64,000 nucleotides of DNA from Schizochytrium sp. TIO01 (GCA_004764695.1 SMSO01000032.1:5860483-5924482), one strand, 5' to 3'; counted from the first letter of the stretch, positions 10,629 through 20,751 are shown. A program made the numbers and translations. The notes: generated by a model not told the origin, from the sequence alone.

Positions 10629-10848
10629 ATTCGTTGACTAACAATAAGGTTTCTCGAAGGTTGCCTCTTGTTCTTGAGGAACATTCGTTGACTAACAATA
10701 AGGTTTCTCGAAGGTTGCCTTTTGTTCTTGAGGAACATTCGTTGAATATCAATAAGGTTTCTCGAAGGTTGTCTTTGTTCCTGAGGAACATTCGCTGAAC
10801 ATCAATAAGATTTCTCGAAAGTAGCTTTCTTGTTCCTGAGGAACATTC
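10629..10848. repeat. Intergenic tandem array A: 4 units of 53-55 bp
   Basis: Unit attcgttgactaacaataaggtttctcgaaggttgcctcttgttcttgaggaac starts at 10629, 10683, 10737 and 10790, diverging progressively. Confidence 0.95.
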
Positions 10849-10858
10849 TTTCGGTGTA

Positions 10859-11323
10859 TCACGATGATGATGTCTGAAGCTCAAACAAAAAGATAAGTTG
10901 TTGGTAGTTGACGAGGTGATTGATTAATTGGTCACGTAAAAGTCCATATAACTCTCCAGCGTCGCCATCTAGTCTGGCTTTATTTGCCTTGTTTATAATG
11001 GCTTTATATTCAACAATAGAAGATAGGATCTGTCGGTGGCAAGGGTGATCTTCACAAAATGCAACGCGTTTGTAAAATTGTGGATCGTGGAAAGTTTTAA
11101 AAATCGCCGTAGTTTCTGTATAGTCCATTTCTTTGACACACGCTTGAAACACTGTGTCAATATCTTCGACTTCTACATCATGCATTGATCGTTTTTTGGA
11201 AGACCGAATCTGCTGAGCGTTGGTGTTTGATTGTGTAAAGTTATGTTGCCGATTATTATGACGTGGTGTGTAGACAGTAATGAATTCTAGAAGCTTTCGC
11301 TCCACATCTGTTAGTTTATCCAT
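10859..11323 (-). CDS. Hypothetical protein
   Basis: 154-aa ATG ORF filling the gap between array A and RNR2. Confidence 0.7.
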   Translation of the reverse strand: MDKLTDVERKLLEFITVYTPRHNNRQHNFTQSNTNAQQIRSSKKRSMHDVEVEDIDTVFQACVKEMDYTETTAIFKTFHDPQFYKRVAFCEDHPCHRQILSSIVEYKAIINKANKARLDGDAGELYGLLRDQLINHLVNYQQLIFLFELQTSSS

Positions 11324-11413
11324 TGACCTCGTAGGTGTTACCGAAATATATGGTATCTATCACAGTTCATATAAGGTTTAAAGTATCAATTCCGCATTCA
11401 AGTCGAGATGCAA

Positions 11414-11426
11414 GCAAACCCCTAAC
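11414..11426 (+). promoter_or_regulatory. Putative early promoter/initiator motif GCAAACCCCTAAC (RNR small subunit)
   Basis: Identical 13-mer also lies 5' of dUTPase; variants lie 5' of more than 10 other genes. Confidence 0.7.
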
Positions 11427-11449
11427 GTAAATCAATCGAAGGTAAAAAA

Positions 11450-12466
11450 ATGATGACAATGAAGAAGAATGAAGGTGAGGTAGAGGAATACCCACTCACG
11501 ATTCGTGATGTGAAGCGTAGATACTCTTGTTTCCCAACGCACCACCATGATCTTTGGGCCCTCTACAATGATCGCGCACTAGGGACGATCTGGACCCCTG
11601 GAGATGTTGACTTGAGTGGTGATAAGGATCATTGGGACAACAAGCTCACTGCGGATGAGCGTCACTTTCTGACACATGTTCTTTGCTTTTTTGCATCTGC
11701 AGATGCTATAGTAGCTGAGAATATCAGTATCAACTTCATGACTGAGGTAGATGTTTTGGAGATCAAAATGTTCTACTCATACCAGGAGGGAAATGAGCAG
11801 ATTCACAGCCAAGTGTACTCCACCTTGATTCTAACATACCTCGTTGAACAGAAAGCTCAAGACGAAGCATTCCGTGCAGTCGAGCACATTCCTGGTGTTG
11901 CAGCCAAAGCAAACTGGGCTCTCAAGTTCTCGGACCGATCAGTAGCTCCATTTGCTGAAAGATTGATCGCATTCATCTGCCTCGAAGGTATTATGTTTGC
12001 AGGTTCTTTTGCAGCCATCTTCTACTTTCGCAGTCGCAATCTCCTTCCTGGACTCAGTCATGCAAACTCCTACATTATGCAGGATGAAATGCTCCATGTG
12101 GACTTTGCCATTGCCGTTTACTCGTACATGAAATCCCACCTGCGGCTTTCGGAAGAACGTGTTCATGAAATTTTCTCAGAGGCCGTTGAAATTGAGATGG
12201 ACTTTCTGGAAAATTCCATCCCAGTCGGACTGATCGGTCTAAATGCCGACATGATGAAGAATTATATCAAGTTCATGACAGACTCTTGGTTAGTTGCGCT
12301 TGGGTACAGCCCAATGTACGACATTACAGAGAATCCGCTCGACTTTATGGAGTTGGCCAATGTCAAGTGCAAGACCAACTTTTTTGAACGCCGCACAATC
12401 GAGTACGTCACTGGGCGCGGCATTTCTACTGAGGATCAAGCTTTCTCTCTCGATGCTGAGTTCTAA
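11450..12466 (+). CDS. nrdB: Ribonucleotide reductase small subunit
   Basis: WTPGDVDLS.D, FFASADAIV.EN, EQIHSQVYS, EGIMFAGSF, DEMLH, NFFERR, C-terminal LDAEF. Confidence 0.98.
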   Translation: MMTMKKNEGEVEEYPLTIRDVKRRYSCFPTHHHDLWALYNDRALGTIWTPGDVDLSGDKDHWDNKLTADERHFLTHVLCFFASADAIVAENISINFMTEVDVLEIKMFYSYQEGNEQIHSQVYSTLILTYLVEQKAQDEAFRAVEHIPGVAAKANWALKFSDRSVAPFAERLIAFICLEGIMFAGSFAAIFYFRSRNLLPGLSHANSYIMQDEMLHVDFAIAVYSYMKSHLRLSEERVHEIFSEAVEIEMDFLENSIPVGLIGLNADMMKNYIKFMTDSWLVALGYSPMYDITENPLDFMELANVKCKTNFFERRTIEYVTGRGISTEDQAFSLDAEF

Positions 12467-12486
12467 ATAAAAGTTTAATCATAGTT

Positions 12487-13428
12487 TCAATTTACATGTC
12501 TAGTTGCTAAATACATTGATAGAGGTAGAGTATTAACCGTCGTATTTGTTAAAAGTGGATTGAAAACACATTGATTGATAGCTACAGGGCTTAGATAATC
12601 TGCGTTATCAAGCTTGCGAATAAAAGATGAACGCAAAATTAGCTTTAGACGCTCGACGATCATCACAGCTAGTTTAATAGCTCCCCGCACATCGATTCCT
12701 TGATCACAGTACTTCGACAACAAATGTACCATAACCGCACGTTCGAGTCTCGAGAAGGGATTGTGATCAGCAAAGCAATAAGATAGATGCTCGGGTGGAA
12801 AAAGCTGCAAACGGTGCAGAATTGCTTGATCGATACCATTTTCATCGTATTCACAGTGTTGACCACTCAGGTGATTTACAAAATCTTCCCCGCAGGAATC
12901 GCCTCTATGAAAAAGGTCATTTAGCAAAATGGCAGCTTTGACCTTATGCCACCCTTTACCGTTAGGATCTGTTTGGCGTTCAATAAATGCATGAAACATA
13001 TTCTCGCCTGGCGTAAGTTGCGGGAATGGTCCATCATCGGCACTATGTAGTCTATGTTTATCCGAGTGTGTCATCTTAAGGCGAAGAAATTTGGGTAACA
13101 ACTTATGATCAGCCTTTTTAGGGAATGGGTCCTTATCGGTTCTCACACTTACACTATCACCATCATCATCACGATCATCATTGGATTCATCAACGACTTC
13201 GGCCATAGGGATATAACGACGTGCCTGTGATTTTGCACTGTACTCGTGTGCCTCTTGTTCCTTGGCATGTCGTGTGCGCCGTGCACTCCTCCGATCCGCC
13301 TTTTCACTGTCAAACGCGTCATTCAGAACGCTTCCACCCAATGTCTGAAGCCCGTCTCCGTCTAGGGTTGGTCCCCCGCCGCTTGATTCAATGTTACTGT
13401 ATCGTCTAAGTGACTTCTTATGATGCAT
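12487..13428 (-). CDS. Hypothetical protein with disordered N-terminus (ORF open to 13530; ATG at 13428 preferred)
   Basis: Long ORF; the 13428 start avoids overlap with the resolvase gene. Confidence 0.7.
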   Translation of the reverse strand: MHHKKSLRRYSNIESSGGGPTLDGDGLQTLGGSVLNDAFDSEKADRRSARRTRHAKEQEAHEYSAKSQARRYIPMAEVVDESNDDRDDDGDSVSVRTDKDPFPKKADHKLLPKFLRLKMTHSDKHRLHSADDGPFPQLTPGENMFHAFIERQTDPNGKGWHKVKAAILLNDLFHRGDSCGEDFVNHLSGQHCEYDENGIDQAILHRLQLFPPEHLSYCFADHNPFSRLERAVMVHLLSKYCDQGIDVRGAIKLAVMIVERLKLILRSSFIRKLDNADYLSPVAINQCVFNPLLTNTTVNTLPLSMYLATRHVN

Positions 13429-13495
13429 CCTGATAATTAATGATTTTCTAGTATATAATAGCAAAAGGATTCCATGTATATATTCGTGAACTCCC

Positions 13496-14083
13496 ATGAT
13501 TATTCTATCAATCGATCCTGGGATCGTCAATATGGGAGTTGCGATCTACAATAGTGACTCTGAAGAAATCATTTTTGCTAAGAAATTATCTTTAGGTAAA
13601 AGAATGCGGGATGTGCAAGAAAAAAATACTATAAATGATATCTATAAAATTTTCTTTGACCCTTCGAAATCACCTATTGCAGAATTTATTGACCGTATTC
13701 AAGTTATTCTCATTGAACAACAAATGAAAAGAAGGTTTTTGATTATTCAACACGTTATTGGTGCTATAGCCATGATGCTCAATATCAAGTACTATTTTGT
13801 TCCTCCTCAAGTCATAAAAAGACATTTCGGGTTTGGCCACAAGAAGGGGGCTAAGAAGTCATCCTCCTCTTCTGTCTCGACATCTAGAGGAAAAACAAAA
13901 AAAAGCATGCATCGGGCGAATAAGAAGAACGCTATTGATATTGTAGACAGAATTTTACCTGAAATCTTGCAGAAGAACAACAAAACTTTGAAAACGGCAA
14001 CAAGGTCTATTACAATTAAGGATGATGATATTGCAGACGCTTTCTTACAAGCCTTATGGTTTAGTCAAACCAATAGAATCTAA
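13496..14083 (+). CDS. RuvC-like Holliday junction resolvase (poxvirus A22-like)
   Basis: ILSIDPGIVNMG, ILIEQQ, and KDDDIADAFLQA carry the RNase H-fold acidic residues. Confidence 0.9.
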   Translation: MIILSIDPGIVNMGVAIYNSDSEEIIFAKKLSLGKRMRDVQEKNTINDIYKIFFDPSKSPIAEFIDRIQVILIEQQMKRRFLIIQHVIGAIAMMLNIKYYFVPPQVIKRHFGFGHKKGAKKSSSSSVSTSRGKTKKSMHRANKKNAIDIVDRILPEILQKNNKTLKTATRSITIKDDDIADAFLQALWFSQTNRI

Positions 14084-14656
14084 AAGTGGAACCAGTGTCT
14101 TGTTGATGTACAGTGTTGCGCGCTCTAAGTCGTCCTGTGACTTGAGACCTGCTGTATTGATAGCACCAGATGAAAAAATACTAAATGTGGTCTTGGAGTC
14201 CCCAAATGGTCTTAAACGCAAAGCCGAGAAGGACTGTCGATCCATCATAACAATAGGACGGTGCCCACCATATGCAGTACACGGGTCGTTCCCTGAGAAT
14301 AAGTCATCAATAGTACTTCCGCCCAATTCATCATATAGACGGTCTAAGTCAACTGTATAAGGATAATAATACTTTACAACCAAGTTCCGTAGTGTTACAC
14401 ACTTTGGTACTACACCAAACAACCGAATCATCTCATTTGAAACGGCGTCCAAAGTTAGCGTTTGGGTAAAGAGGATAAAGTATCCAGATTGATACATGTT
14501 CACTGTGAAGTCCTTAGAATAAAAAGTGAGGCGCCACGTACAGTCTTTCTTCACAACACAATTCCAGTGAGTGTGAGCAAACTTTTTCAAGTTGACCTCT
14601 ATTCCCATATGAACACTGATTGCCATATTGGTGATATGAGGTAATATTTCTACCAT
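14054..14656 (-). CDS. Divergent TATA-binding protein-like factor
   Basis: Two TBP repeats: ITNMAISVHMGIEVNLKKFA...VNMYQSGY and RNLVV...VDLDRL...FSALRLR...TFSIFSSGAINTAGLKS; ATG at 14656. Confidence 0.85.
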   Translation of the reverse strand: MVEILPHITNMAISVHMGIEVNLKKFAHTHWNCVVKKDCTWRLTFYSKDFTVNMYQSGYFILFTQTLTLDAVSNEMIRLFGVVPKCVTLRNLVVKYYYPYTVDLDRLYDELGGSTIDDLFSGNDPCTAYGGHRPIVMMDRQSFSALRLRPFGDSKTTFSIFSSGAINTAGLKSQDDLERATLYINKTLVPLLDSIGLTKP

Positions 14657-14676
14657 TGTGCATATGTGTGTATATG

Positions 14677-14700
14677 AAAACCTAACGATTAGGGGTTTGC
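14677..14700. promoter_or_regulatory. Overlapping opposite-strand promoter motifs between the divergent TBP and ORF14714 genes
   Basis: aaaacctaac-ga-ttaggggtttgc: a motif-like copy on each strand forming an imperfect palindrome. Confidence 0.55.
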
Positions 14701-14713
14701 AGACCCATAAAGT

Positions 14714-15325
14714 ATGGCTGAAGTTTCCCAAATTTTTATAGAATCGGCAGATGAAATTGTGAAAATTATTGTTGATGAATTAATAAAAGAAAATGCTACA
14801 CGGATGCAGATACTTGACACATTTTATGAAATGATTGTAAATGAACTTCAGTTCAACTTTGACAGTGAGTATGTGTACTTTCTAAACCCAAAGTTAGATT
14901 GTACAACAAAACTTTCAATTAAAATCAATGAAACTTGTCCACGTAAGTTATTAGAATGCATACGCTTTATGATCACACACGAATACATGCGGTCAAACAT
15001 TAAGAATGCGGTGTTTCGAATTCATTTTAGAGATTGCATAGGTGATGTGTTTTTCGATTCAAATGATGACCCTTTGAGATGTGCTCTATTTCATGGACTG
15101 TGTAAATACCGTAAACTGTTTGACAAGTCATTCATACTAAACTATTTACTCGATAAATACACTCAGTCAAAATCAAAGCTGGCGAAAATGAACATTATCA
15201 CACTCGTTGGCTTGGATGCTAAAAATGCAATTGCTGAACTTCTTTATACTAGTCGCACTCTATTTGTTATTAAATCGATATTAAATCAACCTTACCACTC
15301 AAGTTGTTGCTACTCGCCATTCTAG
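14714..15325 (+). CDS. Hypothetical protein
   Basis: 203-aa ATG ORF. Confidence 0.7.
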   Translation: MAEVSQIFIESADEIVKIIVDELIKENATRMQILDTFYEMIVNELQFNFDSEYVYFLNPKLDCTTKLSIKINETCPRKLLECIRFMITHEYMRSNIKNAVFRIHFRDCIGDVFFDSNDDPLRCALFHGLCKYRKLFDKSFILNYLLDKYTQSKSKLAKMNIITLVGLDAKNAIAELLYTSRTLFVIKSILNQPYHSSCCYSPF

Positions 15326-15536
15326 ATGTCGTATTGTATACAATATCGTACACACGATAAGAACCCATGTGTAACCCATGTTGATCCCATAGTGGAATCA
15401 CCTGATCAACCTTGAGTAAGTTATCCAAACTATAGTCATGGTCACTTATCGTGAATCTACAATGTAAAGCAAAACCATCATCATAAACAAGTTTCAATTT
15501 AGCACTAGAATCTGTGTATAGACGCATAACCATCAC
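15270..15536 (-). CDS. Small hypothetical protein
   Basis: 88-aa ORF filling a gap; overlaps the 3' end of the neighbour. Confidence 0.45.
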   Translation of the reverse strand: MMVMRLYTDSSAKLKLVYDDGFALHCRFTISDHDYSLDNLLKVDQVIPLWDQHGLHMGSYRVYDIVYNTTSRMASSNNLSGKVDLISI

Positions 15537-15587
15537 TTAACTTCATCGTATTTATGATTAGACATATACTTTGTGGTAAGTAGAGAG

Positions 15588-16151
15588 TTATTCACTCTCC
15601 ACAAAAATGTTATCGGAAACCTCTACACAACACGCCCTCGCCCACATCAAGCGAGGCATTGCCTTGTATCCCTTGAAAATCTTGAAGCCTGAACTCGTCA
15701 AAACGATAAACTCCTGGTTACACTTCATTCGGAAGGTCAGTTCGTCCAATACATCTTGAAATGTTAAAAACTCTCCGTCCAGGGATCCATGAATGATTGC
15801 ATCACGTAAAAGTTGAATTAGTTTATCAGTCGAAAGATACTCGGTATTTGTTACCATGACTGGAGTAGACGCTCTAGAAAATGAAGGGGATGGCGTTCGA
15901 CACAAAATTGGGTCGGAATCACTAAAGTACTTGAATGAATCAACATCCTCAACTTCTTCCAAAACGGAAGTCTTATCACTTTCACACGCTTCCTCTTCCT
16001 CTAGTGTCGATTCGAGTAAAGTGAAAGTCGGGATTTCTCTTCTTTTACCCGACCGACTGTTCCGGAAGGTATTCTTCAAGGCTTCTAGAATAAGTCCGAA
16101 TGCTACTATAGTGACAACGCCACTACCAAATGATACATAATCGGTCTGCAT
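15588..16151 (-). CDS. Hypothetical protein with N-terminal hydrophobic helix (ATG at 16151 preferred)
   Basis: GVVTIVAFGLILEAL helix; acidic/Ser-rich middle; motif-like ACAAACACCAAAC upstream at 16181-16193. Confidence 0.7.
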   Translation of the reverse strand: MQTDYVSFGSGVVTIVAFGLILEALKNTFRNSRSGKRREIPTFTLLESTLEEEEACESDKTSVLEEVEDVDSFKYFSDSDPILCRTPSPSFSRASTPVMVTNTEYLSTDKLIQLLRDAIIHGSLDGEFLTFQDVLDELTFRMKCNQEFIVLTSSGFKIFKGYKAMPRLMWARACCVEVSDNIFVESE

Positions 16152-16246
16152 AGTTCCGTCTCCAATATGAGTACGTGTGAGTTTGGTGTTTGTTGCCAAT
16201 ATATGATGTTGAAACAAATGGTTAGTGGTAGCAGTCCAAAATACAC

Positions 16247-16786
16247 ATGGAGGAACTAAAGAGAATTTCGAAGAGCTTCAGACTTGCACAGAAACAATTC
16301 AGAAAGTGCAAAGGTGAAGCAAGTATACTTGAAAAGAGTATATGGCCATACCTTATTCAGAGATATAACGTTCTTATTGATGTTCAAGGCCCGTCCCGTG
16401 AAAATGTAATAGAACTCTATAACATATGTAACGTAGGAAAGTATCTACATGAATTCATAGACGCGCTTCGGAACTTTGAGATTTTTTCATTTCTGTTTGA
16501 AAACCTTCGCGAAGAAACTATGTCGATACTGAAATTTGTTGGAAGTGAGGAAGTCAATAATATCATTGAATTCGTGCCGGAGTTTACTTTTTTAAAAAAT
16601 AGGATGCTAAGTCACAAATATAATTTTAACTACTTCATTATTAACGATGATGGCACATGTGACATGGAAACATTAATCAACAGTATCAATTGTTACGAAA
16701 ACATAAAACCTTTGTTAGAATCAATACAAAAGTTTTACCCACCTAGGAAAGGTGTGAGTATTACTGAATTCAGAATGTGGGATTAG
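16247..16786 (+). CDS. Hypothetical protein
   Basis: 179-aa ATG ORF. Confidence 0.7.
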   Translation: MEELKRISKSFRLAQKQFRKCKGEASILEKSIWPYLIQRYNVLIDVQGPSRENVIELYNICNVGKYLHEFIDALRNFEIFSFLFENLREETMSILKFVGSEEVNNIIEFVPEFTFLKNRMLSHKYNFNYFIINDDGTCDMETLINSINCYENIKPLLESIQKFYPPRKGVSITEFRMWD

Positions 16787-16845
16787 CTAATGAAAAATTT
16801 AGGAGGCAGCGAGCAAACCCGGAATAGATTGAGGTCCAAGTCATT

Positions 16846-17976
16846 GTGGCGATACAAATGTCGAACCTTGTCAAGACAGTGACAAATGGCATGGGGTTTG
16901 TTACTATTGAACGTCGGGTGGATCTCAGGAATGGCATCATGTCCTATGTTCCACCAAGAGTTCGTAAGCAGTTGAGTATGCAGAAATTTGACAATGACCA
17001 GGACTTCATCAGGTCTGTCCAAGAAAAGCATCCCGATGTACTCAATAAAAATACGGATCTACGCATCTTTATATTTGTCGAAGCATACAATCAGATCTAT
17101 AGCCTTTTCGACTTTCATGCAGATGCGCTATGTCTACCTTTACACGTTGTTTTGGATATCTACGATAACGGAATACAAGAGAATGTACTGATTAGAGACT
17201 ACCTCTTTAGTGAAAAGCAATCCCTGATTCCCAACTTATTTCTTCTGGCTATTATGAATGGAAATAAGGGTGTAGAGTTTGAGCATTCATATAGAGCCTA
17301 TCACATACTTTCAAGGTACCTCCTTCACGAAGACCCCATTGAACTCCGTCTTTGCACAACTGAAGACGAAGTTAAACATCTCGTTCGTTATCTTGTGCAC
17401 CAGGGCATGATCGAAATCATCGATGGTATTCCTGTCCCAACAAATGCTCCAAAGAACAAAACTGTAAGCAAGTACGTATCATTTCCCGTACCATCGTTTG
17501 CTGCGTTTAGAGCATTCAAGCGTGATTGTGACAACGATACAATTGCACACGTTATACCGCGTCCCTCCAAAATACTTACCAATCAGATCAAGCGCAGTGA
17601 TATTTGTATTAAACTTCAAGATTTCTACTTTGCAACTCAACAGGTGGTATTTAACACACATTCCAAGTCTGGTGTACCGCAGACCCGTGTTGACGAGAAA
17701 CTTGTACGTTTTGTTGAAAGCTCGCGGAAATCTTCAGGCGCAAAATCGGATAATGAACCGACACGGTTCGTTTTAATTCTGAAAAATGCCGATGAGGAGG
17801 CGCGACTCTCAGAGTTCCAACATTGTCATTATGGCCATCTCAATAGACTCCAGAGTGTAGTGCTATGGTTATTACAGTGTACTACTAAGGTGTCTGCGAA
17901 TAATTATGAAGCAATTGCAAAATACTTAATTGACTATACGTTTGCCTACTGTGTAGCAAGTGAGCTTAGTCGGTAA
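16846..17976 (+). CDS. Hypothetical protein, probably early class (first ATG at 16858)
   Basis: 376-aa ORF; GCAAACCCGGAAT motif variant at 16813-16825. Confidence 0.75.
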   Translation: MAIQMSNLVKTVTNGMGFVTIERRVDLRNGIMSYVPPRVRKQLSMQKFDNDQDFIRSVQEKHPDVLNKNTDLRIFIFVEAYNQIYSLFDFHADALCLPLHVVLDIYDNGIQENVLIRDYLFSEKQSLIPNLFLLAIMNGNKGVEFEHSYRAYHILSRYLLHEDPIELRLCTTEDEVKHLVRYLVHQGMIEIIDGIPVPTNAPKNKTVSKYVSFPVPSFAAFRAFKRDCDNDTIAHVIPRPSKILTNQIKRSDICIKLQDFYFATQQVVFNTHSKSGVPQTRVDEKLVRFVESSRKSSGAKSDNEPTRFVLILKNADEEARLSEFQHCHYGHLNRLQSVVLWLLQCTTKVSANNYEAIAKYLIDYTFAYCVASELSR

Positions 17977-18041
17977 TTAAATCATATGTTAGAACCTATT
18001 GTTAGACTATGAAAATATAGAATTCTTTTATTCTCGAGGAA

Positions 18042-19394
18042 ATGCCTATCCGTATAACCCTACATGTAGATAATTTATTTGATGGGCTTATTTTACCAAA
18101 GCCGGAAGATACAGATAATCAAGTACAGTTCTATGAAATCGGCCTGATCAGTAAGCAACCATCTCCAATCACTTTTGGTGTGATCGCAGTATCAAAACCA
18201 GGAGTGAAGATTGAGCAAGAAGGTCTGGCCACAGGAAAGAGCCACAAGAGAGCATCGCAACACCGGGAAGAGAAAAAGGAACAGCATGCCGGTAATAAGC
18301 AAATGTCACAGGATACTATAGCATATAATGGTAAGAATCTTGAAATTGAGGTGTTTCTCGAGAATGAGCTGATGCCTCCGAATTACATCAAAAGGTTCTG
18401 GTCTTCTAGTGTCATGCGCGTTCCAGATGGATGTGAGGAGTTTACTATGCACATATACAAGCTTGTGAAAAATGATCAAGATCGAATTGGTGTCTTATCA
18501 CGCATCGGTGAGTATAGTTCAAGTCAAGATGCGCCCATATTTGATCCTTTCAATGTAAAGATTGGGAATTTTAATATGCAACGGAGTAAGTACTTTGATA
18601 TTTGGTTCGAACGTGTCCCTGGTAAGAGAGGTGGAAATAGTATCATTACAGCACCTAAAGCGGTGGGAGAGATTGAAGTTGACAATACAAACAAGGTTTG
18701 GCAGACACAGCGGGAGTTTTACACACTTATGCAATGCAGTTCTAACCGCTTTCAAGAGGGAGTATGTGCACATATTTTATATGAGCAAGTATTTCAGGGG
18801 TTCTTGGAACTAAAGAGGGACGTTGAAAACGTTCTAGACTTTTGCAAGCTATTCGCAAAGTTCATCTTTGAACATAAATTTACTTACAAGCCCGATGTTA
18901 AATTTAATAAAACAAATGCTTACGCTGATTATGGAGATGCAGCACTTGAACTCTCAGGGGTAGGCGACTGTGAGGATTTTGCACATTTATACATTCGTGT
19001 ATTGCGTATGGCAATGCGTGTGGTTGAATTACTACCTGAAACAAACAGTTATCGTGCTATCCGAAAGAATCTCAACGAACTCAAGCAATTTTACGTTCCC
19101 TTTGTTCACATTTGTCAAATCACAATCGGAGATGTCCCTGCGTACCACGCAACACCATTATTCGTGCCTCGCGAAGATACTCCTAATTTGGCAGCGTTTA
19201 ACATTGAACTCACTTCATTGAATGAATCCTTTACAATCTATCAAAGCGAATATAAGACGTGGCACAAGGAACATTACTTCCTCGTGACACCATTCCATGT
19301 TTTCAAAATTCCAAATGAATTCTTAAAAGAGTTACCTGTTCCGTGGAATCTAGATATAATGTTCATGAATCCACAAAAAATTATAAACTATTAA
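18042..19394 (+). CDS. Transglutaminase-like (papain-fold) cysteine enzyme
   Basis: GDCEDFA catalytic-Cys motif followed by AYHA and NIELT, candidate His and acidic triad members. Confidence 0.65.
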   Translation: MPIRITLHVDNLFDGLILPKPEDTDNQVQFYEIGLISKQPSPITFGVIAVSKPGVKIEQEGLATGKSHKRASQHREEKKEQHAGNKQMSQDTIAYNGKNLEIEVFLENELMPPNYIKRFWSSSVMRVPDGCEEFTMHIYKLVKNDQDRIGVLSRIGEYSSSQDAPIFDPFNVKIGNFNMQRSKYFDIWFERVPGKRGGNSIITAPKAVGEIEVDNTNKVWQTQREFYTLMQCSSNRFQEGVCAHILYEQVFQGFLELKRDVENVLDFCKLFAKFIFEHKFTYKPDVKFNKTNAYADYGDAALELSGVGDCEDFAHLYIRVLRMAMRVVELLPETNSYRAIRKNLNELKQFYVPFVHICQITIGDVPAYHATPLFVPREDTPNLAAFNIELTSLNESFTIYQSEYKTWHKEHYFLVTPFHVFKIPNEFLKELPVPWNLDIMFMNPQKIINY

Positions 19395-20751
19395 CAATTT
19401 CACCCAGTTTGAACCACAATTCACCTATATTGGTTTGGCGAATCTTTTCAATATCTTGTGAAAGAAGATTGTTAACACCCACATAATAGCACCGGCGGGT
19501 GCGCTTATCCCATGCTAGATACTTTGCACTAACATCGACCTGAGATAGAACAATCTCAGCACATGTAGTCACCATCTCTGACGAGACATCCACGAGTCTC
19601 ATGATTTGACGCAATGAGAGTTCATTGTCCTGAAACCACCCACCATAGTTTCGAAAGGGAACACGGGTATGCTTGTAGCGAAGCAAACCGTAAATCTCTT
19701 CAATGTCAGCCAAACCCCACGCCTCACTGTTGTTTGTGCACTGATCTGGACATTCTGTGGGTGTGTCTCTACAAGCATCGCAGGCATAATGGCGATAAAT
19801 TCCTAGTACTTCAAGAACCGTCATGGAGAACGCAAAGATGTCTTGCGCATAAAAAAGCATCTTACTTGGCTGTATATCACTGCGATGTTCCCCACCAAGC
19901 ACTGGTAGAACGAAAGGTACGGTTCCCAGAACTGGTGGCACATACCTATTATTGGCAATGGCAGAGGCACCAAAGTCGATAAGCTTCCATACACCGTCCT
20001 GGTATGTGATATTTTCTAATTTTATGTCATTATGACACAGTCCTCTTTCATGAAGGATTCGGATTCCGCCGTACAGTTGGCCCACAAAAGAGGTCATCAA
20101 GCGCAGATTAAACTGATCATGGCTCGATATAATATTGAAGGCATCAAAACCATAGTAAGGCATGATGGTAAACAAAATGCGATTTTGAAAACTGGAATAA
20201 AATGTATACCCCAAAGGTAAAGAGAGATGGACATCGCATCTGTTTTCAATACATTCGTGGATCTTTTTTTCGTGTTCCCACATGCGGTAAGCCATAGCAA
20301 AATCATTACTATTCTCCACATGAAGGATCTTGATGGTGTGAGATTTGGTGCTGTTAACATAGACACAACGGAAATCTGCACAATAGATAGGTGTGAACTC
20401 TTCCGGCTGTGTACCAGTCACTGACGCAATCATATTGCAGGCAACAGGATCAGACCCCACAATGCTTTCCAGCATAGGTGCGCCGACGGCATCACAGAGC
20501 CTATCCTCATGGACAACACATTTATCTGTGTTGATATCAAATACCAACATCGAGTCTGCACTCTCTTGACTGAGAGTATCATCGGTGCTACCGGAACCCG
20601 ATGTCGTTGTAGATGTACTAAAGAAGCGAGTATTGCTTCGCTGATGATAAAAAGACATCAGTGATTTAGTAGATCTCATGAATACACTACGCATGAGCCG
20701 CCACACGCGTTTAGTTGCTGCCACAGGACGTTCACTCATCGTAAAACCCAA
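19381..20751 (-). CDS. Ser/Thr protein kinase (first ATG at 20739)
   Basis: TIKI, HNDIKLEN, LIDFG, GTVPF, DIFAF subdomains. Confidence 0.9.
   Translation of the reverse strand: MGFTMSERPVAATKRVWRLMRSVFMRSTKSLMSFYHQRSNTRFFSTSTTTSGSGSTDDTLSQESADSMLVFDINTDKCVVHEDRLCDAVGAPMLESIVGSDPVACNMIASVTGTQPEEFTPIYCADFRCVYVNSTKSHTIKILHVENSNDFAMAYRMWEHEKKIHECIENRCDVHLSLPLGYTFYSSFQNRILFTIMPYYGFDAFNIISSHDQFNLRLMTSFVGQLYGGIRILHERGLCHNDIKLENITYQDGVWKLIDFGASAIANNRYVPPVLGTVPFVLPVLGGEHRSDIQPSKMLFYAQDIFAFSMTVLEVLGIYRHYACDACRDTPTECPDQCTNNSEAWGLADIEEIYGLLRYKHTRVPFRNYGGWFQDNELSLRQIMRLVDVSSEMVTTCAEIVLSQVDVSAKYLAWDKRTRRCYYVGVNNLLSQDIEKIRQTNIGELWFKLGEIVNSL

Noticed and set aside
10629-10848. CRISPR-like array
   Set aside because: Units are contiguous near-identical repeats with no unique spacers, and there are no cas genes; the same applies to array B
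10541-10884. Short repetitive ORFs across array A
   Set aside because: Unit lengths of 53 and 55 bp break the frame; these are products of the repeat, not genes
11414-11426. Telomeric repeat (CCCTAA)
   Set aside because: Occurs as single, gene-oriented copies before start codons, not as tandem arrays
16846-17976. Degenerate RecD-like helicase
   Set aside because: Only faint echoes (VPSFAA, LILKNADE) and no Walker A motif; left as hypothetical
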